A DNA stretch of 63,153 bases from a virus. Lineage: Duplodnaviria > Caudoviricetes. The stretch spans positions 1 through 63,153 of the IMG/VR virus record IMGVR_UViG_3300032132_000007; one strand, given 5' to 3'. Below the pieces are notes generated by a model, which was not told where the DNA came from, made no database searches, and saw nothing but the letters and a program-made list of their open reading frames with translations. Position 1 is the first letter of the stretch. The number at the start of each line of letters is the position of its first letter. The position numbers and the translations under genes were made by a program. Below, in pieces: positions 12,901 through 19,899 of the stretch.

Positions 12901-13760
12901 TGGGGATATCTCCGAAGCGTGTTGATCATGCCATCCGAGGAATCGGTGGTGCTGTGCCGATGGATATCATCAAGGCGGCAGGCATGGGTCCAGCCGGGGT
13001 GGAGCGGGAGTTCGAGGCGTCGGACATCCCGATCCTTGGTGTGTTCTTCAAGAAGGGTGGTGTGGCTGGTCGACGCCCGAAGTCCGTGGCGGATATGTAC
13101 GATCTGCAGGACAAGGCGCACGAGCGGTCCAAGTCCAGGAAGACCCCAGAGACGGAGCAGGAACGGCAGACGCGGATGATGCTGGAGGATGCCACACATG
13201 CAGTGGGTATGCTGCTGACTGCTCGATCGATGGCGACTCCGGACGATCCCGTGCTGTACAGGGACTGGAAGAACAGGGTGCGGCGATACATTGAGGAGCA
13301 GGACGAGCCTTCCACGAAGGCGCGGCTTCAGGAGCTACTGGACACAGCGGAGCCGGGGAAGGTCTTTGCGACCGGAAAACAGCAGGCTGAGTTGACGGAG
13401 CTGGCTCGGGACATTGCTCGTTCCGCGATCTCCTATGCGGAGAAGGGCACGATCCCGACAAAGCAGGCGGGCCAGGCGGTCTACGGTTTGTCCCAGGGCA
13501 TCAGTAAGAAGGGACGGCACGAGACGGTCGCGGAATACCGGGCACGGCGTGCAGCGCAGCAGCAGGAGAAGGAGCGTCAGGCCGAGTTCCTGAAGTCTCA
13601 GGGGCTGGAGTACAGTGAGCTGGCGCAGCAGTTGCGGTCGGAGTATTACGCTCGGAATCCCCGGTCGAGGAGTGCATCCGGCAGGAAGTCGCAACAGAAG
13701 TCCATCATGGAGCGTCTGCGGTCTCTTCGTTACTGGATGAATAAGACAACAGCCAACTGA
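3948..13760 (+). CDS. Giant polyvalent virion/ejection protein: SH3/KOW-like repeats, zincin metallopeptidase motif, LPD38-like C-terminus
   Basis: 3270 aa. VVHEIGHAIS...SEGFAE is a HExxH plus downstream E. The C-terminal YWNFEIGDNIIKVPRSYE and NWDHFWNQPIV...ISPKRVDHAIRG segments resemble LPD38. Hydrophobic G/A-rich helices near the N-terminus. Confidence 0.8.
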   Translation: MGELAGLLRSVGYKTRAQRQEEEEQQRRARLSRRYSTTGEESGLTKFLRAGDDASRQTGYQLAQQAAQTPSGWAGTPAPIREAMYAVPGALRSAASTVARPFSRNLADDILEEKRIQAIQAEADRQDDWFPTGSRMLGGAYESIATVVPASMAAGPVGAIGVFAAERGNEAIKEAEEAGLQGDDARNYVLRATAIEGGVTGVFQLAGLGGMESLGRGARGAAKSAVTGAARGTVPSAAMKTAAKGLERTPGMRAFMKVASKNLAAETAEEEIIAFSDLVNQSVSRVNPDALNPDNVVSTLAYTFGQTAITMGIMQSPGAVDAFRSSPSRAKWKNLPEDLRDAVRTVYGKTVNSQQDREEIADVLGGMMAGVVQAKAAEQAAGSPPSEGQDGDGVRQPAPLPPGDVQPAEGSTPLVPTPDPPPTEQADPVSPETTAPVLEPGMMVTWTTNKGTDKARTYRGVYRKTYDTGRTSIAEVEYQTPEGGWARLERARKQPAEKSLTPLQDAAPEPAAVEPSAAPEAGPVTVDQNEIATALEEAAPYTEYGPNYVRDVDDRAMRLRKAIDDGFDERMQNQLLGELRASLELVKQLRADQPDPAQVEPETPSEPESRPFKVGDPVVLNEAEWGQVGGKVVAVNDDGTVEVAYVNSRPDEGLEEYENQSYDADTIYHAEWPNLAPNTPVEVDQEEGGTENGIVLRVYPSDQADVLYADGETEKKVLLEFVKEKQLPFAEMSEQALRAWIQKHDTTGDWPEQEMQSSSRDELIESAQDLWLKLDGEVTFAAEPDQAPAADTPAPEADERRYGPAQQTVLELVKEADLKLRESEAERGGTHFGDVHEGEPWKGAIQRLVTEKLDKHYPEGTPASVYDRLTHVLASGFDGPPDSPQPDTPSDVAAPEPSVTPLLAKDVKIPDFDKIDDPEDLRQALKAAHDGILADERNRKDGALNGEAKRKLKSIVKRQQKLPRTPAEMDTLIDAAIEEAIPDGKTAADGVKYLKDRVKLNDLKDRWAVDKWRGGVNSVQYKIQKEIDRRLNPYAVEESDADQEWDHEAHRKEEAEAMLGEAYRLLKAGTVDDAVRYLKSESKHSVNKLGDLRELLGLPLQNHNTFKDFVNNYLEPEYDPFGEESPFVDPEAEASAPDAAPPRQESEYEKLQRQIDAIESDYESYEEGAGAWERGDTNMTLTKRAEKKIARLQRQIDKLPKHPDDIAQSLTDAEDALRTEGVDAWEAAMKEDHVTAKELREYLDLKKGYGWKKIGQHLLEKAKAEQQDAAPPPVEPELDESEPSGPESEVRAEQEPVVEDTVEPPMTPLQERRKERQETAATERYFRQLDERVKTAGFQKARVPVQVRDRNDDDATPELPGQQLGDWFVYRHREQDEDGNWATAKGWGVVHVPTGLEAASAGTQKDAKQLALMYREAGIDMSRVTSADQMTTEQSSILKSMRSAWDRSDLRNVDDTLRQQMLDTVRPVDPGLNADITLDAGDLIPRGKTAPDPRIAKLVREVPEFGYNPVFTVNDNRQLVFQDGFRFAFEPKLFGLEEGDVEPGMRIGINLGDIGIKTPASDKVVKSVLEREFAVKKKPNKREPSGPGLIATQNDEQVVIAGEGESWTVVGDSPAAQRARTLLDGIPWKRAEQIAQNDDAAAEPTAAEPSAPRLTKTIVEEGLADVESGGYTVKAHPSVVGANKKQSLQQHITRATSESDRLRESITVMQRNADEEGADTRDAQEKAQITLGKKIRDLFKLRKLAEGHTYWEVKRSDNLGAEPYLVFSDGTVLHTYEGTSPQEGADVEGESVQWPVANAPTVATYTESWDEFLRMQGPDDSGAEYMPASGGDSGPRVADSQVRPVAMNYPSTTANVDGTETAQRSLRERAERAFEAAKSWVTGRGIPRDPDARVAHRDIMRSAEAAMTNVSNTFGLKLGFVKTGVRGFYDRISDIARIANVGDLPAVVHEIGHAISHETVVATLIENANETVLGQLEVLGQAIYKEEPHNGWISEGFAELVRSWMTAQGPDRHRLDGDGRGNTGIAPDAVKWFENKVLPQLGDNRGQDFIEMQRLMHKYDSQGAVNRALANLIDMGKRNNPFDFKARVRDARIAHVDAYTMLMEISDWVREHTGKELLPHQDPYKLAAMSKLVHHSQAFNAVMDEGIVIFQRGHYDKETGEWVRNEDPNDQRGAFRKIGPALNEVNAILEDSNKGEFGIYLVAKRSLALKDNKKAQAKWLSRAMGAPVEWDGTEFHIMTPGGLVAFTNKDAIAKAKKETAKNTPMTEKDARAAIAELESPAFENAADIVYQFSDAMLTYMASKSPAFVPIVNRMRANDAGFYAPLSRYFYELGSWQADERKGGGSDAQRGAIGHGQKGSTRPEVKDPIPQLISNAQQMFQAANDRAVIDALAALTRPRPPEPGEKVTWVTEGGKERTATYVKRKDQRFSQVKLENGRLENIRTLRLTGEHDWQGIGKLISQVPTEHEKVLSKEVKDVVKALRDTLEEQGATLEITDEAGREFDDDELMGFINFFRQKPQYLGNKPVFPILTDGKVTWLQVEPDLYDALQTNAVVDHGADWGGLKDLLIGAPNRTFRAMTTTFNTAFGLFKNPLRDLQTAAINTRSSPQPWENVKGYFGELLGSTKELLGHVGSGAQAAAGAADKYVLDPFTGKAGMLSGVVAKTPDFVEKVRGKEVKWEGTQVNRWAKLMGLHMAQPTGQDTAITRDLGSIITGDRTFRQAWISAPANYIRDGINIFETTARNAEVINLARQRGIDLNHMTWDQMIEMAIAWKEVTADFSAAGTATRQANYYIPFYAAQIAGLRSYSRAAVRNPKDFAIRQSAMATLGLFAWFLNKDDDWYKESTGMEKYLYWNFEIGDNIIKVPRSYEAGTMVAGMMEAMADAAYQKDPAGLDEFMETLQEVLGPTGLPVAAARKAAGTMEWGEVGGLVSDFLPVILREGLDQATNWDHFWNQPIVSRSLEQMPAEEQFDKFTSKVGIAIGGMMGISPKRVDHAIRGIGGAVPMDIIKAAGMGPAGVEREFEASDIPILGVFFKKGGVAGRRPKSVADMYDLQDKAHERSKSRKTPETEQERQTRMMLEDATHAVGMLLTARSMATPDDPVLYRDWKNRVRRYIEEQDEPSTKARLQELLDTAEPGKVFATGKQQAELTELARDIARSAISYAEKGTIPTKQAGQAVYGLSQGISKKGRHETVAEYRARRAAQQQEKERQAEFLKSQGLEYSELAQQLRSEYYARNPRSRSASGRKSQQKSIMERLRSLRYWMNKTTAN

Positions 13761-14889
13761 GCAGCTCATCGCGTGGCATGTCAGGCACCTCCAGTGTACG
13801 TGTGTGCTCTGGGTAGTGTGGCATACCATCGATTGCCCACTCGGTACGGCACCACCATCCCCCGTTCCGTGCTTTGCGTCGTCCTCTGACCTGCTTCCGC
13901 ATCATCTGGTCCCAGCGATCGTTGAATATGGTGCCCGCTTCGTCGATCACTTGGTTCCAGCTCCACCCGGATTCCGGGACATTGAACTGCGGTTCGTCCT
14001 GCATCTCCACGGATGCTGTCTCTGGCGATTCGTTGGCGTACAGGCGCTCGCTGGAGAACGGAATGGACTCGTACTTCAATCTCATATTGCGGCCCAAATA
14101 GAGCCGAACGGTGCCTTCCTGTGCGGGCTGTGTGGTAACGGGAAACACTGGGGGTTTTCGGCGGGAGTTCAGGCCCGGAATGTAGAGGTTTCGGATGACA
14201 TCGTACGATCCTCCACCCATGACTCCCGTTGCCATCGTGCCATAGTTGTACACCACGTTGTTCAGGGATGTGCAGCGGTCACCGTGTAGCTGTGGGCAGC
14301 GTCGGTTTGCGTGTGCGAAGAAGCAGTCACGGACCACAGCATTTCGTGCGTGGCTGAACATCAGGTGGTGATTGTGGTATCCCCGGTGCAGGTACCAGGA
14401 TGGTCCGAACAGGCAGCGGTCGAACAGCACACCATCGCTGGCGTACGCTTCGGGGTCGTGTTCCCTCGAATTCAGGGGTGTGACCCCGTTCTCATCCTGT
14501 CCACCATAGATTGAGCAGTGCGTGAAGGAGACGGTTCGGGTCTGATGTTCAGCTGTCGAGATCACCCGGATCGGAGACCAGGACTTCACCATCCTGCGGT
14601 TACGCTGTGCCTGCAGATGCCAGGCAACGTGGTAGAAGTGTACGTTCTCAGCGTTTTTGAGGTAGAACGGGTGCCCAGTGATGCGAACGCCACCGGGCGA
14701 TGTGTTTCCAAAGACGCGAATGTTGCGTGGTTCGGCATCGAGCAGACAGGAGTCGGCGTCGAGGGTGATGGAACCTGCCACGTCGAACACAATCCACCGT
14801 TCTTCGTCTCCGTTGTAGCTGAGTCCTTCGATGAGGCTGCCGTTACCCAGCGCAGCCAGTGTTGTCACCACGTAAACGTGAAAGTCCAT
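13705..14889 (-). CDS. Pectate lyase (PL1)-like beta-helix protein
   Basis: VYVVTTL..GNGSL..WIVFDVAGSITL, GNTSPGG, GQDEN, HANRRCP and NNVVYNYG follow the bacterial PL1 pattern; GGAGGG RBS; no signal peptide. Confidence 0.75.
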   Translation of the reverse strand: MDFHVYVVTTLAALGNGSLIEGLSYNGDEERWIVFDVAGSITLDADSCLLDAEPRNIRVFGNTSPGGVRITGHPFYLKNAENVHFYHVAWHLQAQRNRRMVKSWSPIRVISTAEHQTRTVSFTHCSIYGGQDENGVTPLNSREHDPEAYASDGVLFDRCLFGPSWYLHRGYHNHHLMFSHARNAVVRDCFFAHANRRCPQLHGDRCTSLNNVVYNYGTMATGVMGGGSYDVIRNLYIPGLNSRRKPPVFPVTTQPAQEGTVRLYLGRNMRLKYESIPFSSERLYANESPETASVEMQDEPQFNVPESGWSWNQVIDEAGTIFNDRWDQMMRKQVRGRRKARNGGWWCRTEWAIDGMPHYPEHTRTLEVPDMPRDELLSWLLSYSSSNEETADAP

Positions 14890-14934
14890 GATTCCCTCCG
14901 GTGCAATCGTGTGTACGGAGGGGATGTATCGGTT

Positions 14935-16059
14935 CTATCCGTCGACCATGACGTAGCGTATCACTCCATTGCTGCGGGCGTGGGACTTTTCAAATCGTTT
15001 TGTTTTCTTGTTGGCGACTGCCCCGCGTACCTGCGGAATGCTCAGTCCGGTCGCTGCGCTGAGTTCGTGGACACTGGCGGCTGCGTTTCCAGTGTTCCGA
15101 AAGTGCAACAGGATCCTCTTGGTGACTGATCGAGACCTGACAGTGCGTGGTTTCCGTTTCGGGGCCACTGGTTTTGTGTCAAGGATTTCCGCAAGCTCAT
15201 CAGCGATGCAAGGGTCGCTCATGCAGGTGCGCATTTCCTCCAGCCTCTCCAGCTCCATCCTCTTCCGGTTGATCTTGGTCTCAATCCGTTCCAGAAAGTC
15301 AGTCATCGTTATTTCCCTTTTCTCTGGTAACACAGGGGGCACGCATTCCTCAGCGATTTGTGCCAGATGCCACTCGTACCCCAGGTGCGGTGACAGTTGC
15401 AGCTCCACGAAGACCCTGTCGGCGAATACGGTCGGCCTATCGCCTGCCTCAAATGAATGTATCGGGCCAAATTCAATTACGTCACTGATCTCTATAGGGA
15501 ACCACTGTCCGGGGTTGCGAACCGCATGTAACCCGCACCAATCAAGGGTCACCAGCATGAACCGGGACGTGCTGGTGTCCGTGTACTCCGTGCCTCGATG
15601 CCGTGCAAGGTCGTAAAGGAATCCAGAAGTTCCGTTGATCGCTGTTTCCACCTGGTGAGGCGTGATGTCAATTCTATCCGATATCTCTTGGGCGTTGTGG
15701 TGACCGTCGTGTCGTGCGGAGGAGATAACATCCCGGAGTGCCGTGACCGAACGTCGGACAGTGTCAGGGAGCAGGTCTTCGCCTCGCATCCAGTCCCGCA
15801 TTGCACCCTCGACTCGGCGTCCTGCGTAGGATGTGAACGGCACCCCCTTTTTCGGGTTGAACCTCCCGATACACACAAGCAGGGCGATGTGTCCCTCTTG
15901 TATGAGGTCGCTCACATCGACGCATTCGGGAGCGCGCTTTGCAACACGACGGGCAATGTGCTCGACGAACTGGGAATAGTGGGCGGAAAGTGAGTTTCGG
16001 ACACTGTCCGATGGTGCATTCTGATATTGCAGCCACAGTTTTTCTTCGTCGTCCGGCAT
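14935..16059 (-). CDS. FliA/WhiG (sigma-28)-like sigma factor, regions 2-3, fused to an unrelated domain and a C-terminal HTH
   Basis: LWLQY..RNSL..HY..VEHIARRV..VDVSDLIQEG..RFNPKKGVPFTSYAGRRVEGAMRDWMRGEDLLP is a typical FliA N-terminus; no canonical region 4 follows. Confidence 0.8.
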   Translation of the reverse strand: MPDDEEKLWLQYQNAPSDSVRNSLSAHYSQFVEHIARRVAKRAPECVDVSDLIQEGHIALLVCIGRFNPKKGVPFTSYAGRRVEGAMRDWMRGEDLLPDTVRRSVTALRDVISSARHDGHHNAQEISDRIDITPHQVETAINGTSGFLYDLARHRGTEYTDTSTSRFMLVTLDWCGLHAVRNPGQWFPIEISDVIEFGPIHSFEAGDRPTVFADRVFVELQLSPHLGYEWHLAQIAEECVPPVLPEKREITMTDFLERIETKINRKRMELERLEEMRTCMSDPCIADELAEILDTKPVAPKRKPRTVRSRSVTKRILLHFRNTGNAAASVHELSAATGLSIPQVRGAVANKKTKRFEKSHARSNGVIRYVMVDG

Positions 16060-16138
16060 TCAGTTGACCTTCCGATAGTCCGTGACGGGCGAGGCAAAAT
16101 CGTAACACACAAAAACGTGTTCTGACAGAGGTCGTCCA

Positions 16139-16423
16139 ATGTTGATTGGTACTGTGGGACTTGACTGGGTGAATCCGGTGATACAGCTCGCAACAGCAGG
16201 CGGTTTTGGAGCGCTGGTGTGGTACCTGGTGTTGAAGCACATTCCCAATATCGAGTCGCGTCACTACGGCGAGCGTACAGAGTGGCGGGAGTACATCGAG
16301 AAGAGGGACTCAGAATTCCAGGAGCTGATCAAAGAGCACAGCACAGCGGTGCAGAACGTGACCAGCAACGTGACCAATTTGCGAACTGAGGTTAATTCGT
16401 TACGGGACACACTCACACGCTGA
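16139..16423 (+). CDS. Small membrane protein, holin-like (one TM helix plus coiled coil)
   Basis: Hydrophobic IQLATAGGFGALVWYLVL followed by a charged coiled coil; first gene of the hydrolase cassette. Confidence 0.5.
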   Translation: MLIGTVGLDWVNPVIQLATAGGFGALVWYLVLKHIPNIESRHYGERTEWREYIEKRDSEFQELIKEHSTAVQNVTSNVTNLRTEVNSLRDTLTR

Positions 16424-16433
16424 AAGGTATACC

Positions 16434-17210
16434 GTGGGAGCATTGGCACTCTACACTGGAGGATGGGACCGCGCATCGGTAAGTGAACTGGCGCATTACG
16501 CGGATGCTGCGTACGAATCCGGTGTCGGAACGCTGATCGAGAGCACGCACACAGATACCCAGTGTTTCCTGCATGACGCTGGCACACACGCCGTCCTGTC
16601 ATTTCGTGGGACGGAGGTGCCGAATCTGCTCGGCCTTGCAAGGGCATCAGGTTCGTTCTGGGATCGTCTGTGGGGTCAGCTTAAAGACTTGTGGACGGAC
16701 CTGATGATTACCCAAGACGGATGGGTAGGGGGCGGGTATGTACACCACGGATTCCTGCGTGCGTTCACCTCTGTGGAGAAAGAGATCTATGACGCATTGC
16801 ATGATCTGCCTCCGGAGTCACGGAAGAACCTTTTTATTACTGGTCACAGTTTGGGTGGAGCACTGGCTACACTGGCGGCGTCCCGGTTCGGGTGCCGAAT
16901 GGTGGCTACGTTTGGCAGCCCGAGAGTGGGGGACAGGGAGTTTGCTAAGGCTTTCTCACTGAAGAACGCTGGCAAGTATTACCGGGTGTTCAATCGCTCG
17001 GACATTGTGGCACGCATACCGGTACCGATCCGCTTCAAGCATTGCGGTCTGCCGATTTTCATAACGTATCAGGGGGAGATTTACCCTCGCCCTGGCTACC
17101 TGATCCGCATCGCAGCACTCGCACGGAACTCCATACGGGGCAACCGCGCCAGTCTGCTGGGGGATCACGGCATCCACAATTACCTGGAAGCACTGACGGA
17201 GAAGTCATGA
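16434..17210 (+). CDS. Lipase class 3 (alpha/beta hydrolase)
   Basis: SFRGTE, VHHGF, TGHSLGGALA (GxSxG), TFGSPRVGD, DIVARIP and a C-terminal DH: the full Ser-Asp-His set. Confidence 0.92.
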   Translation: MGALALYTGGWDRASVSELAHYADAAYESGVGTLIESTHTDTQCFLHDAGTHAVLSFRGTEVPNLLGLARASGSFWDRLWGQLKDLWTDLMITQDGWVGGGYVHHGFLRAFTSVEKEIYDALHDLPPESRKNLFITGHSLGGALATLAASRFGCRMVATFGSPRVGDREFAKAFSLKNAGKYYRVFNRSDIVARIPVPIRFKHCGLPIFITYQGEIYPRPGYLIRIAALARNSIRGNRASLLGDHGIHNYLEALTEKS

Positions 17211-18766
17211 AGATCACACTTGCCACTACACTGATGTGCATGGCGATGAGCACAGCGGAAGCACGTACGCCTGAAGAATACCCACTCGCCCGCATCGGTG
17301 GGGCGTGTGGATTTGTCGTGAACAAAGACCTGTTGTTGCATTGCATCCACGGCATGTCACACCGGTCTACCTACAAGCTGACCGACACGGTGACGGCGAA
17401 CCGTCGCGTGAAACTGCAGATGGACCCGAGTCTTCCGGACTGGACCGACCCTCCGAACGCGGACGGTACGAAGGAATCGACACGGGATGGAGTGACGGTA
17501 TGGAAACTGTCGGGAGCGAAGTCGTTTCATTCACTGACACTGGCTACGAGGGCACCGAAACCTGGTGATTCCTGCACTGTGCGGGGATATCCAGCGGGTC
17601 GGTTCGAGACAATGAGCGGCACAGTGAAGGCGATCGGGGCACACCAGATGGAACTCACCTGTCTCGTGCGTCCGGGATACAGTGGCGGTCCAGTGCTGAA
17701 CTCAGACGGCGAAGTGATCGGCATGGTGCTGAGTGTTACAGGACCAGAGCACACACCACATCAACAGTTCTGGGGCAGCGGATGCGTACGGTGGGAGACA
17801 CTGCGCACAGCTGTACGCATGGCGCAGGATGCAGCACCAGGACCGGAAGAGTTGGAGCCGAAGGCGGCAGACCACCTGCCTGTGGCGGCTCGGAAGCCGG
17901 TGCAGGAGCAGCGTCTGGTCGTTGCTTTCACCACGGATCAGTGCGGTGGCTGTGCGGCACTGAAGAGGGACATTGCTGCAGGGCATTTCGCCCGGTTCAA
18001 CATAAAGATCGCCCACTACAACCGCTCATCACGGACATGGGAGGATGGCGGGAAGCTGTTCGAAGAGTTCTGTAAAGACACCGGCTACGACGGTGGTCGT
18101 ATCGTGTTCCCGGTGTTGTGGGTGCGTGGATCGAACCAGTTCAAGAGCGGATATCTGCCGGAAAAACGTGGTGGGATCATCGGATTCCTGTCGGGGATCA
18201 TCGACGGGCTGGCTCAGATCGTCGTCGGGCAGCCTGAAAATGCCCCGTTCCCGCAGCCGTATGACGGAGCACCAACCCCGTCGACCGATTCAGCACCAGT
18301 GGAGACAGAAGCTGCAGTCGACACGGAATTACAGCAGGCGATCGCCACTCTCAAGGCAGACATTGACAACCTGAAGAACGGTAACCTGTTTGAGAAGGTG
18401 GGTGCCGTGAAGTCACTGCGTTCAGACATTGACAGCGTGCGTAGCGAAGCGAAGACAGCACTGGCTACAGCTACGGAAGCAGGGGAAGGTGTGGAGTCGA
18501 AGCTCGCTGACCAGGCTACACGCCTGCGAGCGGATATCGAGAAGGTGAAGTCGGGCAATCCATTCCTGAAGGCACAGGGTGCGCTGGCTCTGAAGAAGGA
18601 TGTGAGGGAGAGCGTGGACTTGGTGAAGGGCACCGTCAACGACCTTAGATCATTTCAACCTCTTGCTATGTTGGGGTTGTTGGGCGCAGTCCGCGCCTAT
18701 CTACGTCGCAGAAAAGAGGATGAAGAAGCAGACGAATTGGAACACATTAAAGAGGAGGTGGCGTGA
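17207..18766 (+). CDS. Exported trypsin-like serine protease fused to a thioredoxin-like (CGGC) domain and a coiled-coil/hydrophobic tail
   Basis: ATG 17207 overlaps the lipase stop (ATGA). Signal peptide MKITLATTLMCMAMSTAEA; HCIH, RDG and PGYSGGP triad motifs; AFTTDQCGGCAALK. Confidence 0.85.
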   Translation: MKITLATTLMCMAMSTAEARTPEEYPLARIGGACGFVVNKDLLLHCIHGMSHRSTYKLTDTVTANRRVKLQMDPSLPDWTDPPNADGTKESTRDGVTVWKLSGAKSFHSLTLATRAPKPGDSCTVRGYPAGRFETMSGTVKAIGAHQMELTCLVRPGYSGGPVLNSDGEVIGMVLSVTGPEHTPHQQFWGSGCVRWETLRTAVRMAQDAAPGPEELEPKAADHLPVAARKPVQEQRLVVAFTTDQCGGCAALKRDIAAGHFARFNIKIAHYNRSSRTWEDGGKLFEEFCKDTGYDGGRIVFPVLWVRGSNQFKSGYLPEKRGGIIGFLSGIIDGLAQIVVGQPENAPFPQPYDGAPTPSTDSAPVETEAAVDTELQQAIATLKADIDNLKNGNLFEKVGAVKSLRSDIDSVRSEAKTALATATEAGEGVESKLADQATRLRADIEKVKSGNPFLKAQGALALKKDVRESVDLVKGTVNDLRSFQPLAMLGLLGAVRAYLRRRKEDEEADELEHIKEEVA

Positions 18767-19017
18767 TGGGGATTACAGCACTCGTGGGAAGCGGATTGAT
18801 TCAGACAGCGGTGGTGTACCTGATCAGCGATAAGGCGGGCGGATTCGTCAGCAATATCCTCAGCCGGAAGGGTCTGCTGGGTATGGGAACAAAGGCAGGC
18901 AAGCGTGTGGCGCAGCGGCGGGTCGATCGTCGTCACGCTGAAGCACGCAGCCAGCGGGTGAAGTGGCTGGAATCCGAGCTGGCACGGGAAATCGAAGACC
19001 TCAAGGAGCACTCATGA
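18763..19017 (+). CDS. Small membrane-anchored protein
   Basis: GAGGAGG RBS; hydrophobic N-terminus and basic coiled coil; translationally coupled to both neighbours. Confidence 0.6.
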   Translation: MMGITALVGSGLIQTAVVYLISDKAGGFVSNILSRKGLLGMGTKAGKRVAQRRVDRRHAEARSQRVKWLESELAREIEDLKEHS

Positions 19018-19448
19018 GACGCTCGCTCGCTACGTGCCTGATGGCAGCGGTGATCCTCGGGTTCGGTATTGGTCGTGCTTCTCAGCCAGCGCCGGTCACC
19101 GGGTGGACAACCTCAGCCACTGTTGTTGATGTGTACGACGGAGACACATTGACGGTAGAGGTGACACGACGGATGCGTGTTCGCCTTCTGGACTGCTGGT
19201 GCAGCGAGGTACGGACTCGTGACAAGGCAGAGAAAAAGAAGGGCATCGCAGCACGGGAACACTTGAAGTCGATCCTGCCTGTGGGCAGTGAGGTTGTCCT
19301 GCAGATTCCAAACTCGACGGACCTGGGTAAGTCGTTTTCTTTCGGGCGGGTGTTAGGCCAGGTCTGGGACAGTCCAGATTCGGTGGAGTCGGTTGCTGAA
19401 AAAATGGTGGCAGCGGGTCACGCCACGAAATCAAAACCGAAACGCTAA
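19014..19448 (+). CDS. Thermonuclease (SNase-like) with N-terminal signal/anchor
   Basis: VVDVYDGDTL..RVRLLDCWCSE..FGRVLG..MVAAGHA is the SNase pattern; AAGGAG RBS. Confidence 0.9.
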   Translation: MRRSLATCLMAAVILGFGIGRASQPAPVTGWTTSATVVDVYDGDTLTVEVTRRMRVRLLDCWCSEVRTRDKAEKKKGIAAREHLKSILPVGSEVVLQIPNSTDLGKSFSFGRVLGQVWDSPDSVESVAEKMVAAGHATKSKPKR

Positions 19449-19457
19449 AGGATTAGC

Positions 19458-19874
19458 ATGGTAGATGATCACGGTGGAACTCTGGACTGGAATAGCGGTG
19501 GAAAGACCAACGCTATTATGCAGTTGTCGATGAAGGTCGCAAAGCTGGAGACGTTCGTGCGCGAACTGGAAAAGGACGCGGTCGCTGCAGAGCGGGTGAT
19601 CAAGCAGGAGACCCGCATCGACATCCTGGAGTCACGTATGCAGCAGAGTGAGAAACAGGTCTCCGAGCTGGACGATCTGAAATCGGCAGCGAAATATGCC
19701 AATCCGAAGACGATCACGTTTCTGATCACGATATTGCTGGGTGGTAGTGTTGCTGGCAATTCGGCGATCGAGAAGATCACTGGTCGGAGTGAGGAGCAGC
19801 ACAATCAGAGTCAGGATGCACAGCTGCAGCGTCTGATGGAACTCATTAACAAACAGCCCGCTTCGGGTGAATGA
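19458..19874 (+). CDS. Coiled-coil plus TM protein, holin-like
   Basis: Coiled coil followed by ITFLITILLGGSVAG; last gene of the + cassette. Confidence 0.55.
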   Translation: MVDDHGGTLDWNSGGKTNAIMQLSMKVAKLETFVRELEKDAVAAERVIKQETRIDILESRMQQSEKQVSELDDLKSAAKYANPKTITFLITILLGGSVAGNSAIEKITGRSEEQHNQSQDAQLQRLMELINKQPASGE

Positions 19875-19899
19875 GGAACGTCACACTCATCCCTGGCTG

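Noticed and set aside
3948-13760. Virion RNA polymerase within the giant protein (N4/crAss-like), suggested by the hairpin elements
   Set aside because: No DFDGD/DxDxD catalytic context or T7-like motifs seen; the DGDG strings lie in low-complexity or loop regions. A structure search is still needed to exclude it.
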